A program made the translations under genes and the position numbers. Of a stretch of 64,000 bases of DNA, positions 36,313 to 46,473 are shown one piece after another. This DNA is from Minisyncoccia bacterium (lineage in GTDB: Bacteria; Patescibacteriota; Minisyncoccia; Phycocordibacterales; DATDWN01). The notes under the pieces are model-generated. The model was not told the DNA's origin. It saw only the letters and a list, made by a program, of their open reading frames with translations, and did no database searches. Numbering within the stretch: the stretch's first letter is position 1; each line of letters opens with the position of its first letter. The stretch covers positions 1,414 through 65,413 of the forward strand of contig JBAQUS010000015.1 of the NCBI GenBank assembly GCA_049297675.1, written 5' to 3'.

Positions 36313-37294
36313 TGCACTGACAAAAAAATCAGTACCGGCGGAGAATTATCCTTTTTGTACTATTGACCCATCGGTTGGGATTGTTCCTGTACCAGATGAA
36401 AGATTGTGGAAACTTTCAGAACTTAGTAAATCGAAAAAGACTATACCGGCCGTTGTAGAGTTTGTTGATATAGCCGGGCTTGTAAAGGGTGCCTCTTTAG
36501 GTGAGGGATTGGGCAACAAATTTCTCTCAAACATTCGCGAGGTAGATGCAATTCTGGAGATGGTCAGAGTTTTCAAAGACGACGATATAATCCACGTTCA
36601 CGGAAAGATTGACCCTCTTGGAGACATTGGGGTGATAAATCTTGAACTTGTTTTAGCTGATGAAGAAACTGTTACTAAGCGTTTACAAAATTTACAAAAG
36701 GATGTTAAAGCTGGTAGGAAGGAAGCTGTTTTGGAGGAGAGTGTGTTGAAAAAAGTTTTAGAAGTTTTGAAACGCGGAGAGTTAGTCAACACCATTAACC
36801 TAAACGAAGATGAGAGAAAGGTTGTAAAAGGAATGCATTTACTAACAGCAAAACCGATTTTGTATTGTCTTAACTCATCAGAAGCAAGTTCTGAAAATGT
36901 TTTGGAGATTAAAGATAGAATTCCAGGAAACTACGTTGAAGTAGATCCAGTATTCGGCTATTTTAATTGGTCTGACCGATTGGATGATCGTCGAGACCGG
37001 GGCTTTGACGCTCTAATAAAAAAAAGTTACGAGACTCTTAACCTTATTACTTATTTTACAACTGGCGAGGATGAAACTCGGGCTTGGACTATAGGAAAAG
37101 GTTGGAATGCACCCACGGCTGGGACAGCCATACACAACGATTTCAAAGATAAGTTCATCCGTGCAGAAGTTGTTCACTGTGACGATCTTTTAGTTTCTGG
37201 TTCATATGCTGTGGCTCGGGAGAAAGGATTAGTCAGAACAGAAGGGAAGGAGTATTTAGTCAAAGATGGTGATGTGGTTGAATTCAGGATTTAA
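36245..37294 (+). CDS. ychF: ribosome-binding ATPase YchF (Obg-like)
   Basis: 'IGIVGLPNVGKSTLFNALT', a G4 motif and a C-terminal TGS domain ('DFIRAEVV...'). 349 aa. Confidence 0.85.
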   Translation: MSSSALSIGIVGLPNVGKSTLFNALTKKSVPAENYPFCTIDPSVGIVPVPDERLWKLSELSKSKKTIPAVVEFVDIAGLVKGASLGEGLGNKFLSNIREVDAILEMVRVFKDDDIIHVHGKIDPLGDIGVINLELVLADEETVTKRLQNLQKDVKAGRKEAVLEESVLKKVLEVLKRGELVNTINLNEDERKVVKGMHLLTAKPILYCLNSSEASSENVLEIKDRIPGNYVEVDPVFGYFNWSDRLDDRRDRGFDALIKKSYETLNLITYFTTGEDETRAWTIGKGWNAPTAGTAIHNDFKDKFIRAEVVHCDDLLVSGSYAVAREKGLVRTEGKEYLVKDGDVVEFRI

Positions 37295-37353
37295 GGCAAG
37301 ATTACTTGACAAAAGTCAAATAATTTGCTAGAAAAATGCGCAGGAGGAGTTCT

Positions 37354-37623
37354 ATGGAGATTCAGGTTCGTGTTAGAGAAGGAGTCTTTGTTGCCACATT
37401 CACTGGAAGGACAGACATCATGTCCGAGGTAACAGGCCATGGGCGTGATCCTAACTCAGCAGTTGGCGATCTTTGCCGGCTGTCGGGGCTTGTAGTGGTG
37501 GAAGTCATCGAAGACAACACTCCGCTCGGAGATAATATTCCCGGACTTCAAGATATTCGCAGGCGAGAGGAGGAGGAATCGAGACAACAAAAATTGGAGG
37601 AACTAGAGCTGACAACAGCCTAG
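37354..37623 (+). CDS. hypothetical small protein in a GC-rich islet
   Basis: AGGAGG sits 6 nt upstream of the ATG at 37354. A strong hairpin lies downstream at 37626-37667. GC ~50%. Confidence 0.4.
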   Translation: MEIQVRVREGVFVATFTGRTDIMSEVTGHGRDPNSAVGDLCRLSGLVVVEVIEDNTPLGDNIPGLQDIRRREEEESRQQKLEELELTTA

Positions 37624-37689
37624 TACGAAACGACCCCGTGCCTTGCAGATGCAAGGGCGGGGTTTCGATATATATGATATAATGGTCGC

Positions 37690-38091
37690 ATGAAAAAAGG
37701 ATACAAAGACAACATTGAAAAATTAACACAGGAAAATACAAATTTTAGAAAAGTTCTTTATACAGGAGAGCAAAGTCAGCTTGTCCTCATGTCTCTTCTT
37801 CCTGGGGAAGATATTGGAAGTGAAGTTCATCCTGATAATGACCAGTTTTTCAGGTTTGAAAAGGGGATGGGTAAAGTTATAATAAATGAAACAGAGTATG
37901 AAGTTTCTGACGGTGATGCGGTAGTTGTGCCAAAGGGAGCGAAGCACAACGTAATAAATACAGGGAATGTACGTCTGCAGTTCTACACCATATACAGTCC
38001 AGCTCACCACAAAGACGGCATTGTGCGATCCACAAAAGCAGAAGCAGTTACACAAGAGGCAGAGTTTGATGGAGTGACGACTGAGAAATAA
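37690..38091 (+). CDS. cupin-domain protein
   Basis: 'GSEVHPDNDQFFRFEKGMGKV...GDAVVVPKGAKHNVINTG' are the cupin motifs. Confidence 0.65.
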   Translation: MKKGYKDNIEKLTQENTNFRKVLYTGEQSQLVLMSLLPGEDIGSEVHPDNDQFFRFEKGMGKVIINETEYEVSDGDAVVVPKGAKHNVINTGNVRLQFYTIYSPAHHKDGIVRSTKAEAVTQEAEFDGVTTEK

Positions 38092-38123
38092 TTTCTAATT
38101 ACTAATTTTTAATTTCTAAAGGT

Positions 38124-39098
38124 ATGGACTCAAATCAAAATAAACCAAGCGATAATATGAACCCTAGCAAAGCCAGGGTTAGTGCTAAAGATTTGTTTTT
38201 AAATCTGGGGGCTTTTGTGGCCTTATATACAGTTGTTATCAGTCTTATAAACCTGCTTTTTACTGTCATAAACAAGGCATATCCTCAGGTTACAAATAAT
38301 TATTATGGTTACAATTCATTCTCCAACATTTCCTGGCCAGTTTCAGTTATTATTATTTTCTTTCCGATACTCATAGCCCTTATGTGGCTTTTGGAAAAGC
38401 AATATGTTCTTGAGCCGGAGAGGCAGAGAACAGGAGTTCACAAATGGCTTTCTTTTGTAACTCTTTTTGTTTCTGGTCTGGCTTTTGCAGGGGATCTTAT
38501 TACAGTATTGTATTATTTTCTAAATGGTGAGGAACTTACAGTCGGTTTTCTTCTAAAGGTACTTGTTGTTCTGGTTATATCTGCATCTCTGTTTGTTTAT
38601 TATATAACTGATATAAGAGGTAAGCTGACTTCCTCATCAAGAAAGGTCTGGAGAATTCTTTCGGCTGTCATTATCATAGGCTCAATCGTTTGGGGCTTCT
38701 CTGTTTTGGGTTCACCTAGAACACAAAGACTCTACAAATACGATGAGGCTAAAATTAATGACCTCTTAAATATTACTTCTTCAATTGAAAACTACTATTA
38801 TCAGAATCCGAAAAATGCTCTTCCAAACACCCTAGCAGACTTGTCTTCAGTAAACTATGTTGTTGTGACTGTTGACTCTCAAACACAAAAACCATACGAA
38901 TACACAAAGACTGGTCCGATGTCGTACAAAATTTGTGCTGACTTCAACACTGACTCAAAAGGAGAGAATTTTGATGGTACAAGACCAACGGTAGTAGGGC
39001 TCTCGCCTGACCAAAGCAATTGGTCACATCCAAAAGGTAATCATTGTTTTGATAGATCTGTAACACCTCAATACGGCAAACCTGTCCCAATCTACTAG
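38124..39098 (+). CDS. polytopic membrane protein, hypothetical
   Basis: At least 5 TM segments. C-terminal soluble domain. Confidence 0.5.
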   Translation: MDSNQNKPSDNMNPSKARVSAKDLFLNLGAFVALYTVVISLINLLFTVINKAYPQVTNNYYGYNSFSNISWPVSVIIIFFPILIALMWLLEKQYVLEPERQRTGVHKWLSFVTLFVSGLAFAGDLITVLYYFLNGEELTVGFLLKVLVVLVISASLFVYYITDIRGKLTSSSRKVWRILSAVIIIGSIVWGFSVLGSPRTQRLYKYDEAKINDLLNITSSIENYYYQNPKNALPNTLADLSSVNYVVVTVDSQTQKPYEYTKTGPMSYKICADFNTDSKGENFDGTRPTVVGLSPDQSNWSHPKGNHCFDRSVTPQYGKPVPIY

Positions 39099-39177
39099 TT
39101 TCTAGTTTTTCCCAAAGGTCCGATCTAGGGGAAACTATGTTTTGCATACTGAAGAAATTTTGGGTAGGATAGGAGGT

Positions 39178-41649
39178 ATGAAAAACGAGTATAACCATCT
39201 GAAGATTGAAAAGAAATGGCAGAAGGAGTGGGGAAGAAAGAGAGTTTTTAGAACTGAGGATCAATCTAAAAAAAAGAAGTATTACATCTTGGACATGTTT
39301 CCTTATCCGTCTGGAGAAGGTCTTCATGTCGGTCATCCAAAGGGCTACATTGCAACTGATATAATTTCAAGGATGAAAAGGATGCAAGGGTTTAATGTTT
39401 TGCATCCAATGGGTTTTGATGCCTTCGGATTACCTGCAGAAAATTATGCAATTAAAACTAAGACGAATCCTGAAATTGCAGTTAGGAAAAATGTTCAAAG
39501 ATACAAAAAACAACTTGAAGCCATAGGGCTTGATTACGATTGGTCGAGAGAGGTTAATACAACAGATCCAGCTTTTTATAAATGGACACAGTGGATATTT
39601 TTGAAACTATTTGAGAAAGGTTTGGCATATGAATCAAATGAGCCGGTGAATTGGTGTCCCTTCGACAAGACGATTTTGGCAAATGAAGATGTTGAAAATG
39701 GAAAGTGCGAGAGGTGCGGAACGGCGGTGGAGAAAAGACCGATTCGCCAGTGGGTTTTAAGAATCACTAAATACGCTGATAGGCTTCTGTCGGACTTAGA
39801 TTCTCTTGATTGGCCGGAGTCTATAAAGGAGAGCCAGAGAAAATGGATAGGCAGAAGCGAAGGGGCAGAGATTGATTTTGAAGTCTGGCGAAGCAGTGAA
39901 AAAATAAAAGTTTTTACAACAAGGCCGGATACCATTTTTGGAGCAACATACATGGTTCTCTCACCGGAACATCCTTTGATTTCAAAATTAAGTGATCAAA
40001 TTTCTAATTGGGAAGAAGTATATAAATATATTGAAGAGACAAAAACTAAAACAGAGATAGATCGCACCAGTGAAGGAAAAGAAAAGACAGGAGTGAGGTT
40101 GGTTGGAGTAAGTGCAGTTAATCCAGCGAACAAGGAAATCATACCAGTTTTTATTGCAGATTATGTCCTTTCGACGTATGGAACTGGGGCTATCATGGCT
40201 GTACCTGCACACGACGAGAGGGATTTTTCATTTGCAAAAAAATACAATTTATCGATTAAGGAAGTTATTACAGGAGGGTCTGGTGTTGGGGCACACATCG
40301 GAATCGGTGAGCTAATAAACTCAGACAACTTTTCTGGTCTGGATATTGAAAAGGCCAAGAAAGAAATCACTAAATATGTTGGAGGGAAAATTGTTACAAA
40401 ATACAAACTCCGCGACTGGGTTTTTTCTCGTCAGAGATACTGGGGAGAACCCATTCCTGTTCTTTTTGAGAAAGAACAGGAAATTTCTAATGAAAAATTT
40501 CTAATTTCTAATGAAAGAAAAATTGTACCACTTTCGGAGAAAGAACTTCCACTCAAGCTTCCAAAGGTAAAATCGTATGAACCAACAGGCGAAGCTGAGT
40601 CACCACTAGCCAAAATTCCTAGTTGGGTAAACGTTAAAAGGGGAGGAAAGTTGTATAGGAGGGAGACGAATACAATGCCACAGTGGGCTGGGTCGTCTTG
40701 GTACTATCTTCGCTACATGGATCCGAAAAATAAAAAGGCACTAGTGGACAAAAAAAAGGAAAAATACTGGAACATGGTAGACCTTTATGTTGGTGGGGCA
40801 GAGCATGCAACAAGACACCTTATATATGCCAGATTTTGGCATAAGTTTTTGTATGATATTGGGGTGGTCAAAACAAAAGAACCATTTAAAAAACTTCAAA
40901 ATGTTGGACTGATCATCGCTTCAGATGGTAGAAAAATGTCAAAAAGATTTGGCAATATAATAAATCCTGACTCAATAATCAAAGACTATGGAGCTGACAC
41001 TCTTCGTATGTATGAAATGTTTATGGGTCCGTTTGAACAATCAGTTAGTTGGAGTGAGGATAATATTTTCGGAGTCAGGAGGTTTTTGGAAAGGTTGTGG
41101 AGAATTGGGGAGAGGGTCAAACACGACACCAATACACGAATGAAGACGAATGACACGAATAAGAAATCCACTACTAAAATAGAGGAAAAGAAATTTGAAA
41201 TATTGCTAAACAGGACAGTGAAAAAAGTTTCTGAGGATATTGAGTCGATGTCATTTAACACAGCAGTTTCTTCTATGATGATTCTTCTAAATGAAATGGA
41301 GAGTATGGCTGAAGTTAAGAAATCAGACTTTGAGACTTTTCTGAAAATTCTTTCTCCATTTGCACCACATATTACTGAAGAGTTATGGCACACTCTCGGT
41401 CACAAGACTTTATTAGCAAAAGAGAGGTGGACAAAGTGGAATCCGAAGAAACTTATAGATAACGAAGTGAAAATTGCTGTTCAAATAAACAGCAAGGTTA
41501 GAGCAGAAGTAGTAATACCTCACGGTGCCACAGAAGGAGAAGCAGTTCGGCTTGCCAAACTCAATCCTGACGTTTTAAAGTGGCTATTAGGTAAAGAGAT
41601 AAGGAAGGTTATTTATGTTTCAAATAGAATTTTGAATTTTGTAATTTAA
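39178..41649 (+). CDS. leuS: leucyl-tRNA synthetase
   Basis: 'KIEKKWQKEW', HIGH-type 'HVGHPKGY', 'KMSKR' (KMSKS), the CP1 editing domain, and a Cys cluster (CPFDK...CERCG). I use the ATG at 39178; the track ORF begins at the TTG at 39142. Confidence 0.9.
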   Translation: MKNEYNHLKIEKKWQKEWGRKRVFRTEDQSKKKKYYILDMFPYPSGEGLHVGHPKGYIATDIISRMKRMQGFNVLHPMGFDAFGLPAENYAIKTKTNPEIAVRKNVQRYKKQLEAIGLDYDWSREVNTTDPAFYKWTQWIFLKLFEKGLAYESNEPVNWCPFDKTILANEDVENGKCERCGTAVEKRPIRQWVLRITKYADRLLSDLDSLDWPESIKESQRKWIGRSEGAEIDFEVWRSSEKIKVFTTRPDTIFGATYMVLSPEHPLISKLSDQISNWEEVYKYIEETKTKTEIDRTSEGKEKTGVRLVGVSAVNPANKEIIPVFIADYVLSTYGTGAIMAVPAHDERDFSFAKKYNLSIKEVITGGSGVGAHIGIGELINSDNFSGLDIEKAKKEITKYVGGKIVTKYKLRDWVFSRQRYWGEPIPVLFEKEQEISNEKFLISNERKIVPLSEKELPLKLPKVKSYEPTGEAESPLAKIPSWVNVKRGGKLYRRETNTMPQWAGSSWYYLRYMDPKNKKALVDKKKEKYWNMVDLYVGGAEHATRHLIYARFWHKFLYDIGVVKTKEPFKKLQNVGLIIASDGRKMSKRFGNIINPDSIIKDYGADTLRMYEMFMGPFEQSVSWSEDNIFGVRRFLERLWRIGERVKHDTNTRMKTNDTNKKSTTKIEEKKFEILLNRTVKKVSEDIESMSFNTAVSSMMILLNEMESMAEVKKSDFETFLKILSPFAPHITEELWHTLGHKTLLAKERWTKWNPKKLIDNEVKIAVQINSKVRAEVVIPHGATEGEAVRLAKLNPDVLKWLLGKEIRKVIYVSNRILNFVI

Positions 41650-41680
41650 GGGCCATATATGTTGTAGATATAGTCAAGGC

Positions 41681-41755
41681 TTGACCCCCGAACTAATTCT
41701 TGTTCTTAATATCAACTATTGACAAAATTAGTTCGGGGGTTGACTTATTTTTGTC
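41681..41755 (+). terminator. long hairpin (15-18-bp arms ttgacccccgaactaatt / aattagttcgggggttga, 27-nt loop) followed by ttattttt
   Basis: Seen in the sequence. Probably the terminator of leuS. Confidence 0.5.
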
Positions 41756-41833
41756 ATAATGCTACAAATAAGCGTACGTTTGTTGACACAAGACCTCAAA
41801 CATAACTTAATTATCTATATTAACTATTGGAAA

Positions 41834-42868
41834 ATGGAAAAGTCACTAATATCATTTAAACCGAAACAGAGTGTCAAAAGGTTACTCTCTGTCTTGGGAG
41901 ACAGATCTAAAGATGTCATAGTTTCAAGGTTTGGTCTTGGTTCTGAGACAAAGAGAATGACTCTTGAAGCAATAGGCAAGAAGTATAAGATCACTCGTGA
42001 AAGAGTCAGACAGATTGAGAACTATTCACTCGTAAATATTAGAAAATCAAAGGAATATGCAAAGGAGAAGCCAGCTTTTGATGAACTCCGAAAGGCAATT
42101 GCTGATATGGGATCAGTAATCTCGGAGGAGTCACTACTTAGACATTTGTCTAAGGATAAGTCCACTCAAAACCAAATACATTTTCTCCTAGTAGTAGGTG
42201 AGGATTTTTCCAAGGATAAAGAGGATGAGGAATTTAAACATAGGTGGTCAATAGATAAGGAACTTTCAAAAAAAATCCATTCTGCACTTAGAGAACTATA
42301 TACAAAGCTATCTGATGACGAAATAATGCTAGAGTCTGACATGATTGAGAAATTCCTAGAGCATTTGAGGGATGTTTCAGAAAAATACAAAAATCAAGAA
42401 ATTGCCAAGAGGTGGCTGGAACTTTCAAAATTAATCGACAAAAACCCTCTTGGTGAATGGGGTAAAACAGGTTCACCAAATATAAACGCTAAAGGTATGA
42501 GGGATTATGCTTACCTAGTAATAAGAAGACATGGGTCTCCGATACACTTTAGAGAAGTAGCCAAACTTATTACTGAACTCTTTAAGAAAAAGGCTCATGT
42601 GGCTACTACTCACAACGAACTAATAAAAGATCCAAGATTTGTCCTAGTAGGCAGGGGTCTTTATGCTCTCTCTGAATGGGGATATATGTCTGGGGTAGTT
42701 AAAGACGTTATAAAAAATATAATAGATAAAAATGGACCTTTGACCAAAGACGATATAATAAAAAAAGTCTTGAAGGAAAGATATGTAAAAGAAAATACCA
42801 TAATGGTTAATCTACAGAACCCGAAATATTTTAAGAAACAAAAAGAGGGAACATACGCAAACGCTTAG
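41834..42868 (+). CDS. sigma-70 region-4-like HTH domain protein
   Basis: 'VIVSRFGLGSETKRMTLEAIGKKYKITRERVRQIENYSLVNIRK' matches sigma region 4. The rest is unassigned. Confidence 0.5.
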   Translation: MEKSLISFKPKQSVKRLLSVLGDRSKDVIVSRFGLGSETKRMTLEAIGKKYKITRERVRQIENYSLVNIRKSKEYAKEKPAFDELRKAIADMGSVISEESLLRHLSKDKSTQNQIHFLLVVGEDFSKDKEDEEFKHRWSIDKELSKKIHSALRELYTKLSDDEIMLESDMIEKFLEHLRDVSEKYKNQEIAKRWLELSKLIDKNPLGEWGKTGSPNINAKGMRDYAYLVIRRHGSPIHFREVAKLITELFKKKAHVATTHNELIKDPRFVLVGRGLYALSEWGYMSGVVKDVIKNIIDKNGPLTKDDIIKKVLKERYVKENTIMVNLQNPKYFKKQKEGTYANA

Positions 42869-42881
42869 TAAAAAACAAAAA

Positions 42882-42917
42882 AACCATCCTGAGCAAGTCT
42901 GAGGGTGGTTTTTTTGT
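42882..42917. terminator. bidirectional rho-independent terminator (A7-stem-T7)
   Basis: aaaaaaaccatcctgag-caagt-ctgagggtggttttttt. Confidence 0.7.
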
Positions 42918-42939
42918 CTGGAATTGTTATAATTCATTC

Positions 42940-44250
42940 ATGGTATCAGAGAGTGGATCACTTTTTTCTATAAGCGACTTTTTTTTGGTTTTGAAGGTCG
43001 TCTACTATGCCTCATGGGTACTTGTGCCACTTGCACTTATTATTATTGTTATCGAAATGTGGGTTGACTATAGGAGAGCTCAGTTTATGGCCAAACAGAA
43101 TTTCCTTTTGCTTGAGGTTAGAGTACCAAGAGATGTTTTTAAATCTCCAAAAGCAGCTGAGTTTTTTATCAATTCTCTCTTTCAAACTGTCGGAGAAAAA
43201 AACTGGTTTGAAAGAATTTGGCAAGGAAAAGTCAGAGCATGGTTCTCACTAGAAATAGTTTCGGTTGGTGGTTCTGTACATTTTTTTGTTTGGACTAGAA
43301 AGGGTTTCAAAAGTATTATTGAAGCCAATCTTTACTCTCAATATCCAGGGATTGAAGTGACAGAGGTCAAGGACTATACACTGCCAGTTTATTACGATCC
43401 AGAAAGGATCACTCTTTGGGCATCAGAATTTGAACTAACAAAAAGAGATGCTTTCCCGATTAAAACCTATATTGACTATGGAATGGATAAGGATCCGAAG
43501 GAGGAGTATAAAATTGATCCGATGACCCCACTTTTGGAATTTCTCGGTGGCATGCCGAGAGAACACCAAGTTTGGATACAAATCATTGTAAGGGCTCATA
43601 AAGCAGAGGAAAAAGATCCAAGTAAAAAATGGAAAGATGCTAAGATTTTTTTAACCCTAAAACCGAGTGATATTTGGGACAGATGGGAGAAAAAGGACAT
43701 GCGTTGGAAGGAAGCAGCTAAGGATGAAATTCAAAAAATTGTCGATGGAGCAAAAGGAGAAAAAGGTCCAGATGGAAAATACATTCCTGGTACAGGTAGA
43801 CAGTTGACTGAGATTGAGAAAGATACAATCTCAGCTTTAGGAAGAAGTGTTTCAAAGAGCGGGTTTGACGTAGGCATAAGAGCCTTATATTTTGCTCCAA
43901 CCGAGCTTTTTAACGTAGCTAATTTAGGAGGAATAATAGGTGGCATAACACACTTCAATTCTCACCTAAATGGTTTCAGGCCTGTTAGAGGATCAGAGGA
44001 GAGATATAAAAATGTTTTTCTAGCTTGGAAGAAAAGAAGTGATAAGACGAGAAACAAAGAAAAGCAAAAATTACTTGATGCCTACAAAAGAAGATCATAC
44101 TACTATAAGCCTTTTAAAAGTCCTCATTTTATTTTAAATTCAGAAGAACTTGCCACAATTTACCACTTTCCGGGTGGTGTTGCTCCAACCCCAACTCTTT
44201 CTAGAATTGATTCTAGAAAAGGAGAGGCCCCACCAAACATTCCTGTTTAA
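42940..44250 (+). CDS. hypothetical membrane protein
   Basis: 436 aa. Two N-terminal TM segments. Confidence 0.45.
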   Translation: MVSESGSLFSISDFFLVLKVVYYASWVLVPLALIIIVIEMWVDYRRAQFMAKQNFLLLEVRVPRDVFKSPKAAEFFINSLFQTVGEKNWFERIWQGKVRAWFSLEIVSVGGSVHFFVWTRKGFKSIIEANLYSQYPGIEVTEVKDYTLPVYYDPERITLWASEFELTKRDAFPIKTYIDYGMDKDPKEEYKIDPMTPLLEFLGGMPREHQVWIQIIVRAHKAEEKDPSKKWKDAKIFLTLKPSDIWDRWEKKDMRWKEAAKDEIQKIVDGAKGEKGPDGKYIPGTGRQLTEIEKDTISALGRSVSKSGFDVGIRALYFAPTELFNVANLGGIIGGITHFNSHLNGFRPVRGSEERYKNVFLAWKKRSDKTRNKEKQKLLDAYKRRSYYYKPFKSPHFILNSEELATIYHFPGGVAPTPTLSRIDSRKGEAPPNIPV

Positions 44251-44261
44251 ATGGATAGGTA

Positions 44262-45296
44262 ATGAAAGATCATATGGAAGAAAAAAAAGAAGAACGAAGA
44301 ACATTTCTTCATGAGCAGTACCTTAGATCTAGACTTTTTCTGTCCACTCTTACTGACAGTCAAAGAAAATCTGTGATATTTTTTTTAATTATTATTATAT
44401 TTGGAATTACTTATTTATATCTTTACTCACCGCCTAGTAATTTTCCGGTCGGAAAAGTCTTTTCAATACATTCAGGTGAGTCATTAGGTAACATTGCCAA
44501 AAGTCTTTCAGAAAAAAAGGTCATTAAATCTTCCTTTGTTTTTCAAAGTCATGTTATTTCGCTCGGTGGAGAAAAAAGAGTTATTGCGGGGGACTATTTA
44601 CTTGATGTGGTGGAGGGACCAGTAGATCTTGCCTTCAGAATGGTCAATGGAGATTTCCATTTAAATCCAAAACGAATTACTGTACCAGAAGGTTGGAGTA
44701 TATTTGAAATTTCAGATTATTTAGAAAAAAATCTTATTGATTTCAATGAGAAAAGTTTTCTTCTACTATCCAACTCGCGTGAGGGTTATCTTTTTCCAGA
44801 TACTTATTTTGTATTGCCGACTGCCAAACCGGAGGAAATAATTGAGAAAATGACAGAAACTTTTTTTGAAAAAGTACCAACTGTTTCTGGTTTCTCAACC
44901 ACTACGTATAAGATAAAGGATGTGATAATAATGGCATCTATTCTTGAGAGAGAGGCAATTACCATGGAATCAAGAAGAATCATAAGTGGAATACTCTGGA
45001 GGAGAATTAAGCTCGGCATGCCCCTTCAAGTTGATGCAAGTTTCTCATATGTTAATGGTAAAAACACTTATGAGTTGACTTTGGATGATTTGAAAATTGA
45101 TTCTCCTTACAATACTTATTTATACAAAGGCCTTCCACCTGGACCAATAGGTAACCCAGGTCTTAATTCTATTTTTGCTGCCATTCATCCAACTCCTACA
45201 AAGTATCTTTATTTTCTAACAGGCAAGAACGGAGAAATGTACTACGCTAAAACGTTTGAAGAGCACAAAAAAAATAAGGAAAAGTATCTAAGATAA
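44262..45296 (+). CDS. mltG: MltG/YceG-family endolytic transglycosylase (second paralog)
   Basis: 'YNTYLYKGLPPGPIGNPGLNSIFAAIHP' is the YceG signature. N-terminal TM segment. Confidence 0.75.
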   Translation: MKDHMEEKKEERRTFLHEQYLRSRLFLSTLTDSQRKSVIFFLIIIIFGITYLYLYSPPSNFPVGKVFSIHSGESLGNIAKSLSEKKVIKSSFVFQSHVISLGGEKRVIAGDYLLDVVEGPVDLAFRMVNGDFHLNPKRITVPEGWSIFEISDYLEKNLIDFNEKSFLLLSNSREGYLFPDTYFVLPTAKPEEIIEKMTETFFEKVPTVSGFSTTTYKIKDVIIMASILEREAITMESRRIISGILWRRIKLGMPLQVDASFSYVNGKNTYELTLDDLKIDSPYNTYLYKGLPPGPIGNPGLNSIFAAIHPTPTKYLYFLTGKNGEMYYAKTFEEHKKNKEKYLR

Positions 45297-45337
45297 GGAC
45301 TTTACATATATCGGAAGGTGTGTTAGGGTATGAGTCT

Positions 45338-46324
45338 ATGAAAAAATACAATGAATTTAAGGTGGCAAAAATTGCCATAATACTGCTAGTATTAACGGTT
45401 TTTGGAGCATTCTACTCCGAAGCTTCCGCACAAGTTTCCTGTCTATATCTTCCAAAAACACTGAAGTTTGGATTAAAACAGAATAAAGGAGAAGTTATTA
45501 AACTTCAGGACTTCCTATACAAAAAAGGTTACTTGAGTATTCCTCCAACTGGATATTTCGGTAAGATGACCGAGTCTGCAGTCAAGAAATTTCAAATAGA
45601 AAACGGCCTCGAACAGGTTGGCGTAGTTGGTCCACTGACAAGAGCAAGGATCAATCAGATTTCATGCCTACCACAAACTATTTCTCTGCCTACATCTTCT
45701 CTGCCAGAGTCACAAGTAGCTCAGACTGCTAGTCCAGTTCCTTCACAGACTCCTGTAGTTGGACAAATAATTTCAAACCAAAATAAAGACATCGCTTTAC
45801 CATACACTTCTAGCAATTTCTCAGACTGGAAGAAAAGTTGGGGAAAGGTTTCCACAAGCTCGACTTCTGTGTTAGTTGAAGCCAATACAGATACATATGG
45901 AGCGCAAACAATATTCCCATCATCGAATTCTTTGACCGATTACAGATTGAATGCAAATATTTTTGTGAGAAGGGGGAGTTTTATACTAATGGCAAGATAT
46001 GTAGATGACGACAATTTCCTTGCTTGTAGTTTCGGTGGAAGAACTGTAGAAATAATTCAAAGAATAAAAGGTCTTTCGAAAACAGTTGCAAGTGCTTATG
46101 TTTCTGAAATGCCGAACCCTACATTTTTCTTTAGTGATATTAACGTCTCGATGAGTGTAATAGGCAAAAAAGTTGGTTGTACAGTTCTAGGCAATCAAGA
46201 AAATGTTCAATACTCCAATATAGACGATTCTCTACTTAAAGGCGGTATTGGTATCCAAAATTGGAACGAAGCCCTCGGTGTTGCTAGTTTGGAGTTAAAA
46301 AAAGTCACTCTTGAATCTATATAG
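45338..46324 (+). CDS. secreted protein with a peptidoglycan-binding domain (PG_binding_1)
   Basis: 'LQDFLYKKGYLS.PPTGYFGKMTESAVKKFQIENGLEQVGVVGPLT' is the PG-binding motif. Confidence 0.6.
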   Translation: MKKYNEFKVAKIAIILLVLTVFGAFYSEASAQVSCLYLPKTLKFGLKQNKGEVIKLQDFLYKKGYLSIPPTGYFGKMTESAVKKFQIENGLEQVGVVGPLTRARINQISCLPQTISLPTSSLPESQVAQTASPVPSQTPVVGQIISNQNKDIALPYTSSNFSDWKKSWGKVSTSSTSVLVEANTDTYGAQTIFPSSNSLTDYRLNANIFVRRGSFILMARYVDDDNFLACSFGGRTVEIIQRIKGLSKTVASAYVSEMPNPTFFFSDINVSMSVIGKKVGCTVLGNQENVQYSNIDDSLLKGGIGIQNWNEALGVASLELKKVTLESI

Positions 46325-46394
46325 TTTCTCATAATTGCAGTTTTCAGAGCACGTATAATCGTTTACTAACGATTTGCTCTCGCTCGGCAATGAA

Positions 46395-46447
46395 TCGACT
46401 AGCAAGGACCGTCCTTGCTAGTCGAACTTGGCAACTTAGTTGCCAAG
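46395..46447. repeat. two adjacent palindromes: tcgactagcaaggac-c-gtccttgctagtcga and cttggcaac-tta-gttgccaag
   Basis: The second shares a 19-nt core with 9140-9168. Confidence 0.6.
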
Positions 46448-46473
46448 CTGAAGAAATTTACTCATGATGTTTT

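Noticed and set aside
37723-38055. 110-aa minus ORF
   Set aside because: Antisense to the cupin gene.
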